Positions 20,221 to 30,975 of a DNA stretch of 64,000 nucleotides are shown here, one piece after another. Under the pieces are notes generated by a model. The model had not been told where the DNA came from, made no database searches, and worked only from the letters and a program-made list of their open reading frames with translations. The DNA is from Pseudomonadota bacterium (GTDB lineage: Bacteria > Desulfobacterota > Desulfobacteria > Desulfobacterales > JBDRRP01). The position numbers were made by a program, and so were the translations under genes. Position 1 is the stretch's first letter; each line of letters starts with the position of its first letter. The stretch is from positions 62,001 to 126,000 of the forward strand of contig JBDRRP010000129.1 of the NCBI GenBank assembly GCA_043825735.1, in the 5' to 3' direction.

Positions 20221-21167
20221 TGGCCTGCCACGCCCCCCAGCCACTTCACTGCCTACCGCCGGAGCCCGCCGTGCGCCGCGCCCACTGGATCGATCTGCTG
20301 GCGGACGGTTGGGCCGTATTCAAGGAAAACCTCATCGGTCGCATCGGCCTGTTTCTCCTGGCCGGGTTCGCCCTGATGGCCATCGGCAGCTTTTTGCCGC
20401 CGCTCATCGACCCCATGTATCACCCCATGACCGGTGTCGACCCCTTGATCAACCACGCCACCGTCCCCAGCCTGAGACACTGGCTGGGTACCGATTTCAT
20501 CGGTCGCGACATTTTCAGCCAGCTGCTGGCCGGCGCCCGCATCGCCTTCATGGTAGGTCTCTCGGCGGCCTTCATGAGCATCGTTCTGGGCACCAGCATC
20601 GGCATGGTGTCGGGCTATGCCGGCGGCATCATCGACACCCTGCTCATGCGCCTGGCAGACATGATCATGGTGATGCCGACCCTGCTGGTGGTGCTCATTC
20701 TCTCGGCGCTCTTCGGCCAGCTCAACATCTGGACCATCGTTTTGCTCATTGCCCTGTTCCGGTGGCCCGGGGTTTCCCGGGTGATCCGCGCCCAGACCCT
20801 GACCCTTAAACACCGGCCTTTCATCGAGGCCGCCACCGTATCGGGCGCCTCGCACCTGCGGATTCTGATGCGCCACATCCTGCCCAACGTCATGCCGCTG
20901 TCACTGCTGTACATGACCTTCAGGGTCACCTCGGCGGTCATCATCGAGGCGGCGCTGGCATTTCTCGGATTCGGCGACCCGGGCACGGTGAGCTGGGGCA
21001 TGATGCTGCAGTGGGTGTGGAAAACCGGACACATGTTCCAGGCCCCTTATTGGCTGCTGCCGCCGGGGATCTGCATCTCGCTGCTGACCCTATCCTTTTT
21101 CATGCTGGGCCGGGCCATGGATGAAGTCCTCGACCCGCGGCTGCGCAAAGAAGAATCCGGAAATTGA
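20220..21167 (+). CDS. peptide ABC transporter permease (OppC/DppC-like)
   Basis: [29 protein letters not shown] and SWGMML motifs. Confidence 0.92.
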   Translation: MACHAPQPLHCLPPEPAVRRAHWIDLLADGWAVFKENLIGRIGLFLLAGFALMAIGSFLPPLIDPMYHPMTGVDPLINHATVPSLRHWLGTDFIGRDIFSQLLAGARIAFMVGLSAAFMSIVLGTSIGMVSGYAGGIIDTLLMRLADMIMVMPTLLVVLILSALFGQLNIWTIVLLIALFRWPGVSRVIRAQTLTLKHRPFIEAATVSGASHLRILMRHILPNVMPLSLLYMTFRVTSAVIIEAALAFLGFGDPGTVSWGMMLQWVWKTGHMFQAPYWLLPPGICISLLTLSFFMLGRAMDEVLDPRLRKEESGN

Positions 21168-21168
21168 C

Positions 21169-22149
21169 ATGGCCTTGCTTGAAATCGACAATCTGAGCAT
21201 CGGATACCACTCGCGCCGCGGACTCGTTACCGCCGTCGACGATGTCAGCTTCGCTTTGCAGCGGGGCCGCTCCCTGGGGCTCGTGGGCGAGTCCGGGTGC
21301 GGAAAAACCACCATCGGAAAAGCGCTCATGGGACTGTTGCCGCCAAACGCGGCCGTGCTCGAGGGCAGCATCCGTTTTGACGGCATCCAACTGGCCGGCG
21401 CCTCTGAAGCATTGCTGCGCTCGGTGCGCTGGGACCGGATCGCCATGATTTTTCAGGCGGCCATGAACGCCCTGAACCCCATCCACACCGTCGGCGCCCA
21501 AGTGATCGAAGCCCTGCATGCGCACAAGCCCGAAATGTCCCGGACCGAAGCCGCCGAACGCGTGGACGAACTGTTTCGCCTGGTGGGCATCCCTGAGGGC
21601 CGCAGCAAGGACTACCCTCACCATTACAGCGGCGGCATGAAACAGCGGGCGGTCATCGCCATGGCCCTGGCCTGCAGCCCCGAACTGATTATCGCCGACG
21701 AGCCCACCACGGCTCTGGACGTCATCGTCCAGGACCAGATCTTAAAGCAGATCAGAGCCCTGCAGGACGATCTGGGGATCAGCATCCTTTTCATTTCCCA
21801 CGACATCTCGGTGGTCTCCGACGTCTGTCACGACATTGGGGTCATGTATGCCGGGCAGATCATCGAATACGGCAGCCGAAAGGAAGTGTTCGAGCGCCCG
21901 GCGCACCCGTACACGCGGGCGCTGCTGGGGGCATTCCTGTCGCTCATGCAGGATAGGGGCATGGCCGAAGGACTGCCCGGCGCCCCGCCGGATCTTGCTG
22001 ATGTGCCGGCCGGTTGTCGGTTCTGCGACCGGTGCTGCGTGAGCGGCGACAATTGCCGGGTGGAGGCGCCCCAATGGTTTCACCTTTCGGCAAAGCACCA
22101 CGTCCTGTGCTGCGCAGAAGGCATCCAGGCCGGGAGGAACCGGTCATGA
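21169..22149 (+). CDS. peptide ABC transporter ATP-binding protein (OppD/DppD-like)
   Basis: [29 protein letters not shown] and GCRFCDRC motifs. Confidence 0.93.
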   Translation: MALLEIDNLSIGYHSRRGLVTAVDDVSFALQRGRSLGLVGESGCGKTTIGKALMGLLPPNAAVLEGSIRFDGIQLAGASEALLRSVRWDRIAMIFQAAMNALNPIHTVGAQVIEALHAHKPEMSRTEAAERVDELFRLVGIPEGRSKDYPHHYSGGMKQRAVIAMALACSPELIIADEPTTALDVIVQDQILKQIRALQDDLGISILFISHDISVVSDVCHDIGVMYAGQIIEYGSRKEVFERPAHPYTRALLGAFLSLMQDRGMAEGLPGAPPDLADVPAGCRFCDRCCVSGDNCRVEAPQWFHLSAKHHVLCCAEGIQAGRNRS

Positions 22150-23117
22150 CCGATATCCTGGCCCTGGACGCCGTCACAAAAACCTACGCCACCAGAAAAC
22201 GGCTCATGGGCAAGCCATCGCCGCCCGTGGTCGCACTGGCGGGGATTTCACTCACGATCGGCAAGGGAGAGATTTTTGGTCTGGTGGGTGAAAGCGGCAG
22301 CGGTAAAACGACCACCGGCCGATTGATCCTCAAACTGGAATCGGCCGATACCGGAACGATCCATCTCAACGGCACCGATGTCACCGGCCTCCGGGGAAGG
22401 AACCTGAAGCGATTCCGGCGACAAGTGCAAATGATCTTCCAGGATCCCTACCAGTCGCTCAACCCTCACCTCTCGGTCAAGGAAGCCGTAACCGAGCCGC
22501 TGGCAATCCATGGCATCGGGGATCCGACCGAGCGCCACCAGAGGGCCCTGGACATGCTGGACACGGTGGGGCTCGAGCCCGCCGGCGACTATCTTCCCCG
22601 CTACCCCCACCAGCTCAGTGGCGGTCAGCGCCAGCGGGTGGCCATCGCCCGGGCCATGATCCTCAAGCCCACACTGGTGGTGGCCGACGAGCCTACATCC
22701 ATGCTGGACGCCTCCATTTCGGTGCAGGTCTTCAACATCCTCAAAACGCTTCAGCGCGAGCAGCAGATTTCATTTTTATTCATCACCCACAGCCTGGCCG
22801 CCGCCCATTATCTTTGCGACCGCATCGCCGTCATTTACCGAGGGCATATCGTCGAAACCGGTGACGCCAAGGCCACGATCCGCAACCCGCGCCACCCCTA
22901 TACCAAAGCCCTCATGGACGCCCTGCCGGCCTTTGGTCAGGACTGGGAAAAAAGCACCTACGGCACCCTTCTCGAAACCGCGCGCGATGTGGACCCCCAC
23001 CCCGGCTGCATCTTCTACCACCGGTGCCGCCTCGGCGAAGCCGGCCGCTGCGATGCGGAAAAGCCAGAGCTGCGCGCCCTCGACCCCGATCACGCGGCGG
23101 CGTGCTTTTTCGCTTAA
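22146..23117 (+). CDS. peptide ABC transporter ATP-binding protein (OppF/DppF-like)
   Basis: GESGSGKT, LSGGQRQR, ADEPTSMLD and HPYT motifs; ATGA overlap with the preceding gene. Confidence 0.93.
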   Translation: MTDILALDAVTKTYATRKRLMGKPSPPVVALAGISLTIGKGEIFGLVGESGSGKTTTGRLILKLESADTGTIHLNGTDVTGLRGRNLKRFRRQVQMIFQDPYQSLNPHLSVKEAVTEPLAIHGIGDPTERHQRALDMLDTVGLEPAGDYLPRYPHQLSGGQRQRVAIARAMILKPTLVVADEPTSMLDASISVQVFNILKTLQREQQISFLFITHSLAAAHYLCDRIAVIYRGHIVETGDAKATIRNPRHPYTKALMDALPAFGQDWEKSTYGTLLETARDVDPHPGCIFYHRCRLGEAGRCDAEKPELRALDPDHAAACFFA

Positions 23118-23148
23118 AAGGGTTTTGCCCCATTTAGTGGGGCACCGC

Positions 23149-24393
23149 TTATGTCGTTTCCCAAATCGCACGGACGGGCACTGCATACAGTCTGTCGCCA
23201 AAGCCGACAAGATTCTCTCCATCATAGACCACCGCTCCGGCGGCGAACCGCTCTCCGGCCGATTCTTTAAGTTTATTCAACCCTCGGAAATCCTTCATTG
23301 TCACGGTGGCGCTGGCGTTGATCTCGATACCGGCCAGTTTTCCGGCCTGTTCCAGCACGACATCTACTTCTACACCATCTCTGTTTCGGAAATGGTGGAA
23401 CATCACCGGTTCATCGTACCGGCTGCCTTGCCGTCTGAGTTCCTGAAAAACAAATGTTTCCAGAAGTTGTCCAAACAACGCGCGGTCTTTGATCATCGCG
23501 TCGGAACCCACCCCCAGCAGCGTTGTCGCAATGCCGGTATCTGACATATGGAGCTTTGGTTTCTTGATGAGGCGGCTCAGCCGGTTGCTGTGCCATGGCG
23601 GCAAATGCTCCAGCAGAAATATCCGTTCCAACAAAACCACGTAGTCGCGAACGGTCGGTCTGCTCAATTGAAACGCCGATGCCATTTCGGCCACATTGAC
23701 CAATCGTGCCGTTTGTCCCGCGGCAAGTTGAAGCAGCCTTGGAAGTGCGCTCAATGCACTGATACGCGCCAGATCACGGACGTCACGCTGCACCAGGGTT
23801 TCGATGTAGTCGCGATACCATTGGACGCGTCGTTTCAGTGCAGAGCGAAAAAGCGCCGCCGGATAGCCGCCGGCGACAATCCGGTCTGCCAGCTCATGTC
23901 CCAGTCGGTCAAAGCGATGATTCCGAAACTCGGCAGAAAAGAGTTTTTCTAAAAAATGAGATGCCTTGCCCAAGATCTCATCCTGCCCCAATGGGTGCAA
24001 TCGCAGAATCTCTATACGCCCGGCAAGTGAATCAGCCAGTTTGGGCAGCAACAGCACATTGGTCGACCCGGTCAGAATAAAGCGCCCCGGACGCCGATCC
24101 CGATCTACAGCAGATTTCAGTGCGAGAAAAAGGGCCGGGACACGCTGAATCTCATCCAGAATGGTTTTTTCAGGCAAGTCGGCTACAAAGCCCACCGGAT
24201 CAGCCTGAGCCGCGGCTAACAGCACGTCATCATCGAATGTAACATACGCGTAGCCCGCGTCGTCCCCGAGCATGGTGGCCAGCGTCGTCTTGCCGCACTG
24301 GCGCGGCCCGTGGATTAACACCACAGGCGTGTCATCCAGGGCCGCCTCCAAGCGACTGCGGACACTGCGTGGATATAGCAATGTCTGAACCAT
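23149..24393 (-). CDS. AAA+ ATPase with DUF4143 / restriction-endonuclease-like C-terminal domain
   Basis: GPRQCGKTT, ILDEIQR, ILTGS, DSLAGR, GGYP, KKPKLHMSDTG and EVDVV motifs. Confidence 0.88.
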   Translation of the reverse strand: MVQTLLYPRSVRSRLEAALDDTPVVLIHGPRQCGKTTLATMLGDDAGYAYVTFDDDVLLAAAQADPVGFVADLPEKTILDEIQRVPALFLALKSAVDRDRRPGRFILTGSTNVLLLPKLADSLAGRIEILRLHPLGQDEILGKASHFLEKLFSAEFRNHRFDRLGHELADRIVAGGYPAALFRSALKRRVQWYRDYIETLVQRDVRDLARISALSALPRLLQLAAGQTARLVNVAEMASAFQLSRPTVRDYVVLLERIFLLEHLPPWHSNRLSRLIKKPKLHMSDTGIATTLLGVGSDAMIKDRALFGQLLETFVFQELRRQGSRYDEPVMFHHFRNRDGVEVDVVLEQAGKLAGIEINASATVTMKDFRGLNKLKESAGERFAAGAVVYDGENLVGFGDRLYAVPVRAIWETT

Positions 24394-24530
24394 GACATTT
24401 TCAGTCCAGGTTATTCGGCTGAATGAAAGGATGTCAACTGAATCAAGCGTATCGGAAGGCTTTGTCAGGGGACAATCGATAGCGCATAAAAGTCTTCATG
24501 CCCGGTGGGTCTCTTCCCACAGCGATGTTG

Positions 24531-24617
24531 AACCACGGAGGCACGGAGGCCACGGAGATTTTAGTGTCCAAATCTACTGCTTTTGTTTTTCTCCGTGTTC
24601 TCCGTGACTCGGTGGTG
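24531..24617. repeat. intergenic palindromic repeat (CACGGAG family)
   Basis: Three CACGGAG units facing CTCCGTG units. Confidence 0.65.
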
Positions 24618-24680
24618 ATATCATTTTTTCCGATTGCAACGTTTTTCAGCCGCCGCTTGAGCTTCTTGGATAAGCATAAT

Positions 24681-24859
24681 TTACATTTCCGTAGCGCTCG
24701 GAAACGCAGCCAGATTCGTGTGGAGCAGAAACAGTGCCGAGATGAATTCGGCCATATAGTGGGTGTTTCGGCTGAAGTCCATGCCGACCATAGCTCTGCC
24801 CGGATCGTGGCGTCTCCTGGCGGTATTGGCCGGAGCGCAGCGACATGTAGGCGCCGATG
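24681..24859 (-). pseudogene. frameshifted, diverged duplicate of the 3' end of the ASKHA/RACo gene
   Basis: IGAYMSLRSGQYRQE / (frameshift) AMVGMDFSRNTHYMAEFISALFLLHTNLAAFPS matches VGAYMALLSGQYRQE...AMTYIDFSRNLHYMDEFTSALFLPHTNLAAFPS at 28747-28935. Confidence 0.85.
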
Positions 24860-24863
24860 AAGG

Positions 24864-25760
24864 CTATTTCTGGAGATAATCGGTTATCATCTGCTCGAAG
24901 GTCAGGCTGAACATGTCCACGGCGTGCTCGAATTCCAGCACGTCTTCCCGGTCGGCCTTTCCCTCCAGCTTGAAATCCCAGAACATGGCGATGGCAGTTG
25001 CCGAAACCATTTCCTTGGCGGCCAGGGATCGGTGGAACATGATCGCGTGTTGCTCGTTTCCGGCGCCGTAGATATGGCGCAACGACCGGAGCGCTATCGA
25101 CAGCTCGTTGAACTGTTTCATTTTCATCCTGAAGTCTGCGCGCTCGGCCTCATCGCCCAGCACGAGATAGGCAAAGGCCTCCTCGATCGCCTCGAGGGCC
25201 GCGGCGTGCATCCGTAACAGCAGCACGGCGGTCTGTGCCTGCTTGTCGTCGATGAGCCGGTTTTTCAGGTCCTCTGAGATACCGGCGCTCATCAGATCCC
25301 CCCACAGGGTGGTGATCCGGTCCACGGCATCCTCGAAAGCCAGCACATCGGCCCTGACCGGGGCGCCGGTATCCTCGAAGGAGGCAAACATCCTGACCGC
25401 TGCCCGGTCCATATCGGTACGGGCGGCCTGCAGCTTATCGAACATCACCAGAAGATCCCTTCCGGCCGAATGCTTCGCGGCCAAATCCTTAAAGGCCTTG
25501 GCATGGGCGCTCAGCGCATCCATCTGTTCAAAATACTCTGTTTTTTCCAGTTTCGAGTCCAGCACCAGGTAGGCGAATGCCTCCTCCACCCCTTCCAGCA
25601 TGTCGGTCTGCATGGCGCCAATGAGCATGACCACCTCGAGTTCCACCCGGTTTGCGTCCGTCATCCGGGTGGCGGCCACGGCCGGTGACATCCCCTCTGC
25701 ACACACAATCACGACGGCCACGGCGCACACGATGGTCACACGCTTCATGAGTTGCTGCAT
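24864..25760 (-). CDS. exported hypothetical protein with two tandem helical domains
   Basis: Signal peptide; EEAFAYLVL and DVLxFExAVD each occur twice; GGAGG RBS. Confidence 0.75.
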   Translation of the reverse strand: MQQLMKRVTIVCAVAVVIVCAEGMSPAVAATRMTDANRVELEVVMLIGAMQTDMLEGVEEAFAYLVLDSKLEKTEYFEQMDALSAHAKAFKDLAAKHSAGRDLLVMFDKLQAARTDMDRAAVRMFASFEDTGAPVRADVLAFEDAVDRITTLWGDLMSAGISEDLKNRLIDDKQAQTAVLLLRMHAAALEAIEEAFAYLVLGDEAERADFRMKMKQFNELSIALRSLRHIYGAGNEQHAIMFHRSLAAKEMVSATAIAMFWDFKLEGKADREDVLEFEHAVDMFSLTFEQMITDYLQK

Positions 25761-25866
25761 CGATCCCTCCTTGGTGGTTAAGTTAAGCGCCGCTAAAGGC
25801 CCGGCGCAAGCGGTTTCATCAATGTTGGGGCGCTGACATTCTGCGAGGCCCAGCGGGTGCCGGTCT

Positions 25867-26469
25867 CTATTTCAGCCGGTCCCGGATCGTTCTGGCGAAA
25901 CGCAGAAACCCGTCGTACATATCAGTGTTATAAGCCTTGCCGCTCATGGAAACGATCAGGTTGCCTTCCGATATTTCGATGTCGTAGAGGTGATAGTTTT
26001 CGGCGAGCAGGTCCTTGATCTTCTCGGCGGACTGAAACGCCGCGCGCTCATCCACCGCCACGATCCACACTTTCTCCAGACCGGGGACGTGGACGCCGTC
26101 CTTTTCCAGGTATCTCTCCCGAAAGACGACATCGGGCGCAGTGGTTTTTGCCCAGTAAGCGGTTCTGTGTTCAGGTTTTCGCGTCGTACTCTTGGTCAAA
26201 TCGAAGATGAATTCTTCATCCGAGGCGACGACCTCCCCGGCCGGGTATCCATAGGTCGAAAAATACTTCGTTTTCCCGACGACATCCGACACCGCCTTCA
26301 GCACCATCTCATCATCGGTCAGCTTCATGCCGTACTTTTCGGCGACTTTCGAAAGCGTTTCGTGGTGCGCCTTAGAGGAAAAAATCATGAGCCAGGCGAT
26401 CAGCGCCACAAATGCGATACCGCCGGCGATCAGGATCATTTTGGAATGCGCCTGAAAGATTTCAACCAT
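25867..26469 (-). CDS. hypothetical membrane-anchored protein
   Basis: Single N-terminal TM helix; GAGGA RBS. Confidence 0.7.
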   Translation of the reverse strand: MVEIFQAHSKMILIAGGIAFVALIAWLMIFSSKAHHETLSKVAEKYGMKLTDDEMVLKAVSDVVGKTKYFSTYGYPAGEVVASDEEFIFDLTKSTTRKPEHRTAYWAKTTAPDVVFRERYLEKDGVHVPGLEKVWIVAVDERAAFQSAEKIKDLLAENYHLYDIEISEGNLIVSMSGKAYNTDMYDGFLRFARTIRDRLK

Positions 26470-26570
26470 GTCTATTTCCTCTATTTAGTAAATGGGCAAT
26501 GCTGTTGAGATTGGCCAGTGGTCAAGAAGCGGCTGAACTGGTGCGGAAGGGATCGATTTGCGCGGCGCTG

Positions 26571-28592
26571 TTAATGATCGGTTTCCAACGCTTCCCGAAC
26601 CTTTGCGCCCAGCGATTCCATTGAAAACGGTTTCTGGATGAAATTTACGCCTGCATCCAAAACGCCGTGATGGGCGATCACATTGGACGTGTAACCCGAC
26701 ATGAACAGGCGCTTGACATAGGGATGAATGGCCAGGATGTTCTTGGCCAGATCCCGCCCGTTCATTTCAGGCATTACCACGTCGGTCACCAGCAGGTGGA
26801 TCTTGCCGACATGCTCCAGTGCCAGGCGAATGGCTTCACCGGGCGTTTTGGCTGCCACAACCCGATAGCCCATCTTTTCGAGCATCATCGTCGTAATTTC
26901 CAGGATCGCCGGCTCGTCCTCCACCAGCAGGATCGTCTCGTGGCCGCGTTCGGTCGGTTGCGCCGCTACCTTCTGCGGCAAGGCCTCCATCTTGGTCCGG
27001 TGTCGCGGAAGATAGATTTTGAATGTCGTCCCCTGGCCCGGTTCGCTGTATACATTGACAAAGCCATCATTTTGCTTGACCACTCCGTAGACCGTGGCCA
27101 ACCCCAGACCCGTGCCCCTGCCGGGCTCTTTGGTCGTGAAAAATGGTTCAAAGATATTGTTCAGGGTTTCGGCGTCCATGCCGCATCCGTTGTCACTGAC
27201 GGCTAAAAGCACATATTCACCCGGTAAAAATCCTAGGTGATCGGTACAGTATGTGTTTTCTAACGTGGCGTTGCCAGTTTCGACGGTGACTTTGCCAACA
27301 TCGGCAATGGCGTCCCGGGCGTTGACGCACAGGTTGGCCAGAATCTGGTCGATCTGGCTAGGGTCCATCTTCACCGGCCACACCTTCTTGCCGGGCCGCC
27401 ACGCCAGATCGATATCCTCTCCGATAAGGCGCTTCAACATACTGGTCATGCCGGCGACAGTTTTATTGAGATCAAGCACACTGGGAGAGACGGTCTGTTT
27501 TCGGGCGAAAGCCAAAAGCTGACGGGTCAGGTCGGCTGAACGCTCGCCGGCCTTTCTGATTTCCTTCAATCTGCCGTATAACGGCATGGCGGGGTCCACT
27601 TCATCCAAGGCCATGCCTGCATGGCCGAGGATCACGCTGAGCATGTTGTTGAAATCGTGCGCCACACCACCCGCCAGCCGGCCGACGGATTCCATCTTCT
27701 GGGCCTGAGTCAGTTGGTGCTGAAGTTTCTCACGCTCTTTTTCCGATCGTTTGCGCTCTGAGACGTCGGTATGCGTGCCACACATTCTGATCGGCTTTCC
27801 CTGGGCGTCTCGTTTTACGACCCGGGCCTGATCCAGTATCCATTTATACTGCCCATCCTTGGCACGCATTCGATACTCGATTCGGTGCGCGGGGGTTTTG
27901 CCTTCCAAATGGTCCCGAATGGATTTCGTTGCAGCAGCGGCATCATCCGGATGGTGCAGGTCGGTCCATTGATTGACGGTGTATTCAATCTCCTCCAAGG
28001 TGTATCCAAGCATCTCGGCCCAGTGCTTGTTTCGACGGACCTCCCCGGTTTCGATGTTCCAATCCCAGTAACCCAACTGGCTGCCTTCCATGACAAGCTG
28101 AAGGCGTTCCTCGCTTTCCCTCAGCGATTCCTCTGTGCGCTTTCGTTCTGTAATATCGGATACGATGTGGACCGTGCCGGTCAGGTTGCTCTTCGCATCC
28201 AGGATGGGGTCCACCGCCACCTGGAACCATTGCTCTCCCACATGCAGATCCATGCTCTCGCGCCGGAGGCTGTGACGCATGCGCGTCGCCGGGCATTCCG
28301 CTATCGGCTCCTGTGTGCAGTGAACGATCTCCCAGCAGTGCTTGCCGAGCATGTCATCCAACGCTTTGCCGAAGAGCCGGGATGCAGCCCTGTTGGAGCG
28401 CACCACGCGACTATTCCGGTCGAGAATCCATACAGCGTCGTTTATGGCATCGAAGGTCGCTTGCCACTCCTTGGCCAGTCTTTCCTTTTCCCCATCCAGA
28501 GAATCGAAGCGATCCGTCTCGGGCACGTCAGGTCCGGCAACCATGACTATTTCCTTATGATCCAACGCTTCATCAGCGGTTTCGAACGGCAT
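26571..28592 (-). CDS. cytoplasmic PAS-PAS hybrid sensor histidine kinase/receiver
   Basis: Two PAS/PAC domains; [22 protein letters not shown]-box, [13 protein letters not shown] and GTGLGL; receiver ILLVEDE...TDVVMP...KPF. Confidence 0.93.
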   Translation of the reverse strand: MPFETADEALDHKEIVMVAGPDVPETDRFDSLDGEKERLAKEWQATFDAINDAVWILDRNSRVVRSNRAASRLFGKALDDMLGKHCWEIVHCTQEPIAECPATRMRHSLRRESMDLHVGEQWFQVAVDPILDAKSNLTGTVHIVSDITERKRTEESLRESEERLQLVMEGSQLGYWDWNIETGEVRRNKHWAEMLGYTLEEIEYTVNQWTDLHHPDDAAAATKSIRDHLEGKTPAHRIEYRMRAKDGQYKWILDQARVVKRDAQGKPIRMCGTHTDVSERKRSEKEREKLQHQLTQAQKMESVGRLAGGVAHDFNNMLSVILGHAGMALDEVDPAMPLYGRLKEIRKAGERSADLTRQLLAFARKQTVSPSVLDLNKTVAGMTSMLKRLIGEDIDLAWRPGKKVWPVKMDPSQIDQILANLCVNARDAIADVGKVTVETGNATLENTYCTDHLGFLPGEYVLLAVSDNGCGMDAETLNNIFEPFFTTKEPGRGTGLGLATVYGVVKQNDGFVNVYSEPGQGTTFKIYLPRHRTKMEALPQKVAAQPTERGHETILLVEDEPAILEITTMMLEKMGYRVVAAKTPGEAIRLALEHVGKIHLLVTDVVMPEMNGRDLAKNILAIHPYVKRLFMSGYTSNVIAHHGVLDAGVNFIQKPFSMESLGAKVREALETDH

Positions 28593-28746
28593 TCGCCATG
28601 CCGTTGCTTCAGTTTGTCATTGAACCATAGCTGATTGACGGGATCAAGGCTCCATCGCAAAGGCGCGATGGCTGCCAGGTTGCCGGCCTCGCCAAGTCCC
28701 TTCCCGCAGCTTGATTGTTGACGGGCCCAGCGGAATTTCCCACCTT

Positions 28747-30837
28747 TTAACTGCCATGCCCCGCCATAACGCTTGGAAACGCCGCCAGGTTGGTGTGGGG
28801 CAAAAACAGGGCCGAGGTGAATTCGTCCATGTAGTGAAGGTTCCGGCTGAAGTCGATGTAGGTCATGGCGCTGCTCAGCTCGCGCGCTTCCTGGCGGTAT
28901 TGGCCCGAAAGAAGCGCCATGTATGCGCCGACAATGGAACTGTTTCCCATGTAGGTGAATCGGCTGCGGTCGATGTCGGGCAGCAGTCCGATGGCCACTG
29001 CTTTTTCGATGTTGAGATACTGGCCGAACCCGCCGGCGATGATGAAGCGCTCGACCATTGAAAATTCGAGCCCCGCCTCGGCCAGCAGCGTGCTGAAGCC
29101 CGCGTAGACGGCCCCCTTGCTGTAGATCAGGTTTTTAAGATCCGACTGGGTGAAAACGATGTCTTCGTTCATTGCGGAATCGGCGGCGAACGCCAGCACG
29201 TAGGCCGGTTCGTCTCCGAACCGGATAATCCGAGCGTTGTCCGGGTGCTCCTGAAACTGACCCTGCCGGTCAACGATGCCGGTGTTCAGCAGCTCGGCGA
29301 TGAGATCGATCATCCCTGAGCCGCAGATGCCCCGCGGGGAATCATCACCCACCGTCTGGATGATCGGGGCCAGTGTGGCCGGATCGATGGTGACTTTCTC
29401 GATGGCGCCCTCCTCGGCGCGCATGCCCCAGCGGATACCGCCGCCCTCGAAGGCGGGCCCGGCGCTGCACGCCGCTGTCATGAGCCAGTCCTTGTTGCCC
29501 AGGACGATCTCGCCGTTGGTGCCGATATCGATAAACAGCGTCAGCGGGTTTTCGCGGTGAAATCCGGTGTAGAGCACCCCTGAAACGATATCTCCGCCCA
29601 CATAGCTGGCCGGCCCGGGCATCACGAAAACGGCCGCGATGGGATTGGCCTTCAGCCCGATCTCACCGGCTTTCATGATGGGAAACTCACTGACGGTGGG
29701 GATATACGGTTCGCGGCGGATGTTGCGCGGCTCGATCTGCAGCAGCAGGTGCACCATGGTCGTGTTGCCGGAGATCACGACGTTCTTGACGGCCGTCGCC
29801 GCAGCCCCGACGCCGGCCAGCGCCTCTCCGATAAGGCTGTTGATGGTGGCCAGGGCCATACGGCTGAGTTTTTTGACCCCGCTCTTTTCAGCGCAAATGA
29901 TGCGGTTGATGACATCATCACCGCAGTCGGCCTGGTGGTTGTGGCCGGCCGTGGCGGCAATCACGGTGCCGTCGCTCATATTCACCAGGTAGACCACAAT
30001 GGTCGTGGTGCCGACATCGATGGCCAGCCCCAGAGGCGGCGCCGCGTCCCTTCCGGAGCGCACCTCCAGCAGTTCGTTGGCGCATTTGCGCTGAATCACC
30101 GAAGCGGTGACCGTCCAATGGTCTCCGCGAATCGCTTCGGCGAGTTGCCGCATCACCCGGATCCCCACGTTGAGACAGGCCACCTCGCAACCGAACTGCT
30201 TAAGTCCACGGTTGAGACGGTCCAGGTCGCTCACGGCGTCTTCCAGCGTCGGCGGTGACAGTGTCAGAAAAATCTCCCGGAGCATCGGATCGATGTCGGT
30301 GACCAGTCCGGTCACCCGCTGGGTGACCTCCTGGCCCATACCGGCAACCTTGAGCTGGCGCTCCAGGGCCTCTTCCGGAATCCGGACCGTCATATCCCCG
30401 GTCACCCGGCTCTGACAGGCCAGCACGGTGCCCTTCTGCTTCTGGGCCTCGGTGAGCAGCGGCGTCGGCTCGGTGGAAATATCGCCGGATTCGACGACCA
30501 GGGTGCACTTGCCGCAGGAGCCTTTTCCATTGCAGGAGGCATTGATATGCACATCGGCGGCCCGGGCCGCGTCCAGGAGCGTGGCGTCCCCGGCAACCGC
30601 CCCCGTCTTTCCTGCCGGCAGAAACGTCACCGTATGCTGCGCGGTTTCCGCCGGCGCGGCGCCCTCGACATCCAGGCCCTTTTGCCGCTTGTCCATGAAC
30701 CAGATGGGGCAACCGGATCGATATTTACAATAGATCTTCGGATCCCTGCACGTGAGGCACTCTTCGCAAAGGTAAAGATTGTGCTTCATGCAGAGCCAAC
30801 TGGTCTCGATTTCCGGATGACAGGAGCATTTTCCCAT
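28747..30837 (-). CDS. ASKHA-type ATP-dependent reductive activator of corrinoid proteins (RACo/DUF4445) with 2Fe-2S domain and Cys/His-rich N-terminus
   Basis: CNGKGSCGKC...LACQ ferredoxin motif; AIDVGTTT, GNTTM, YVGGDI, DIGTNGE, CSAGPAFEG, GICGSG and AGGFG motifs. Confidence 0.9.
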   Translation of the reverse strand: MGKCSCHPEIETSWLCMKHNLYLCEECLTCRDPKIYCKYRSGCPIWFMDKRQKGLDVEGAAPAETAQHTVTFLPAGKTGAVAGDATLLDAARAADVHINASCNGKGSCGKCTLVVESGDISTEPTPLLTEAQKQKGTVLACQSRVTGDMTVRIPEEALERQLKVAGMGQEVTQRVTGLVTDIDPMLREIFLTLSPPTLEDAVSDLDRLNRGLKQFGCEVACLNVGIRVMRQLAEAIRGDHWTVTASVIQRKCANELLEVRSGRDAAPPLGLAIDVGTTTIVVYLVNMSDGTVIAATAGHNHQADCGDDVINRIICAEKSGVKKLSRMALATINSLIGEALAGVGAAATAVKNVVISGNTTMVHLLLQIEPRNIRREPYIPTVSEFPIMKAGEIGLKANPIAAVFVMPGPASYVGGDIVSGVLYTGFHRENPLTLFIDIGTNGEIVLGNKDWLMTAACSAGPAFEGGGIRWGMRAEEGAIEKVTIDPATLAPIIQTVGDDSPRGICGSGMIDLIAELLNTGIVDRQGQFQEHPDNARIIRFGDEPAYVLAFAADSAMNEDIVFTQSDLKNLIYSKGAVYAGFSTLLAEAGLEFSMVERFIIAGGFGQYLNIEKAVAIGLLPDIDRSRFTYMGNSSIVGAYMALLSGQYRQEARELSSAMTYIDFSRNLHYMDEFTSALFLPHTNLAAFPSVMAGHGS

Positions 30838-30870
30838 GGGTGTCGAATCCTTCTTTTCTTCAGTTATGCC

Positions 30871-30966
30871 AAAGAAGAGGACCCCGGCACGGGGGGCAGC
30901 CATGCCGGGGTTAGGGGACGAGTAAGAAAAGCGAGAGAATGGAGGTAATGCCAAGCTTACTCGTTG
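30871..30966 (-). ncRNA. candidate sigma54-dependent structured leader or small RNA (two hairpins)
   Basis: 9-bp stem ACGAGTAAG/CTTACTCGT starting at the predicted +1, with ACCTCC in the loop, followed by a 9-bp stem ACCCCGGCA/TGCCGGGGT and a pyrimidine tail. Confidence 0.4.
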
Positions 30967-30975
30967 ATACGTTGT

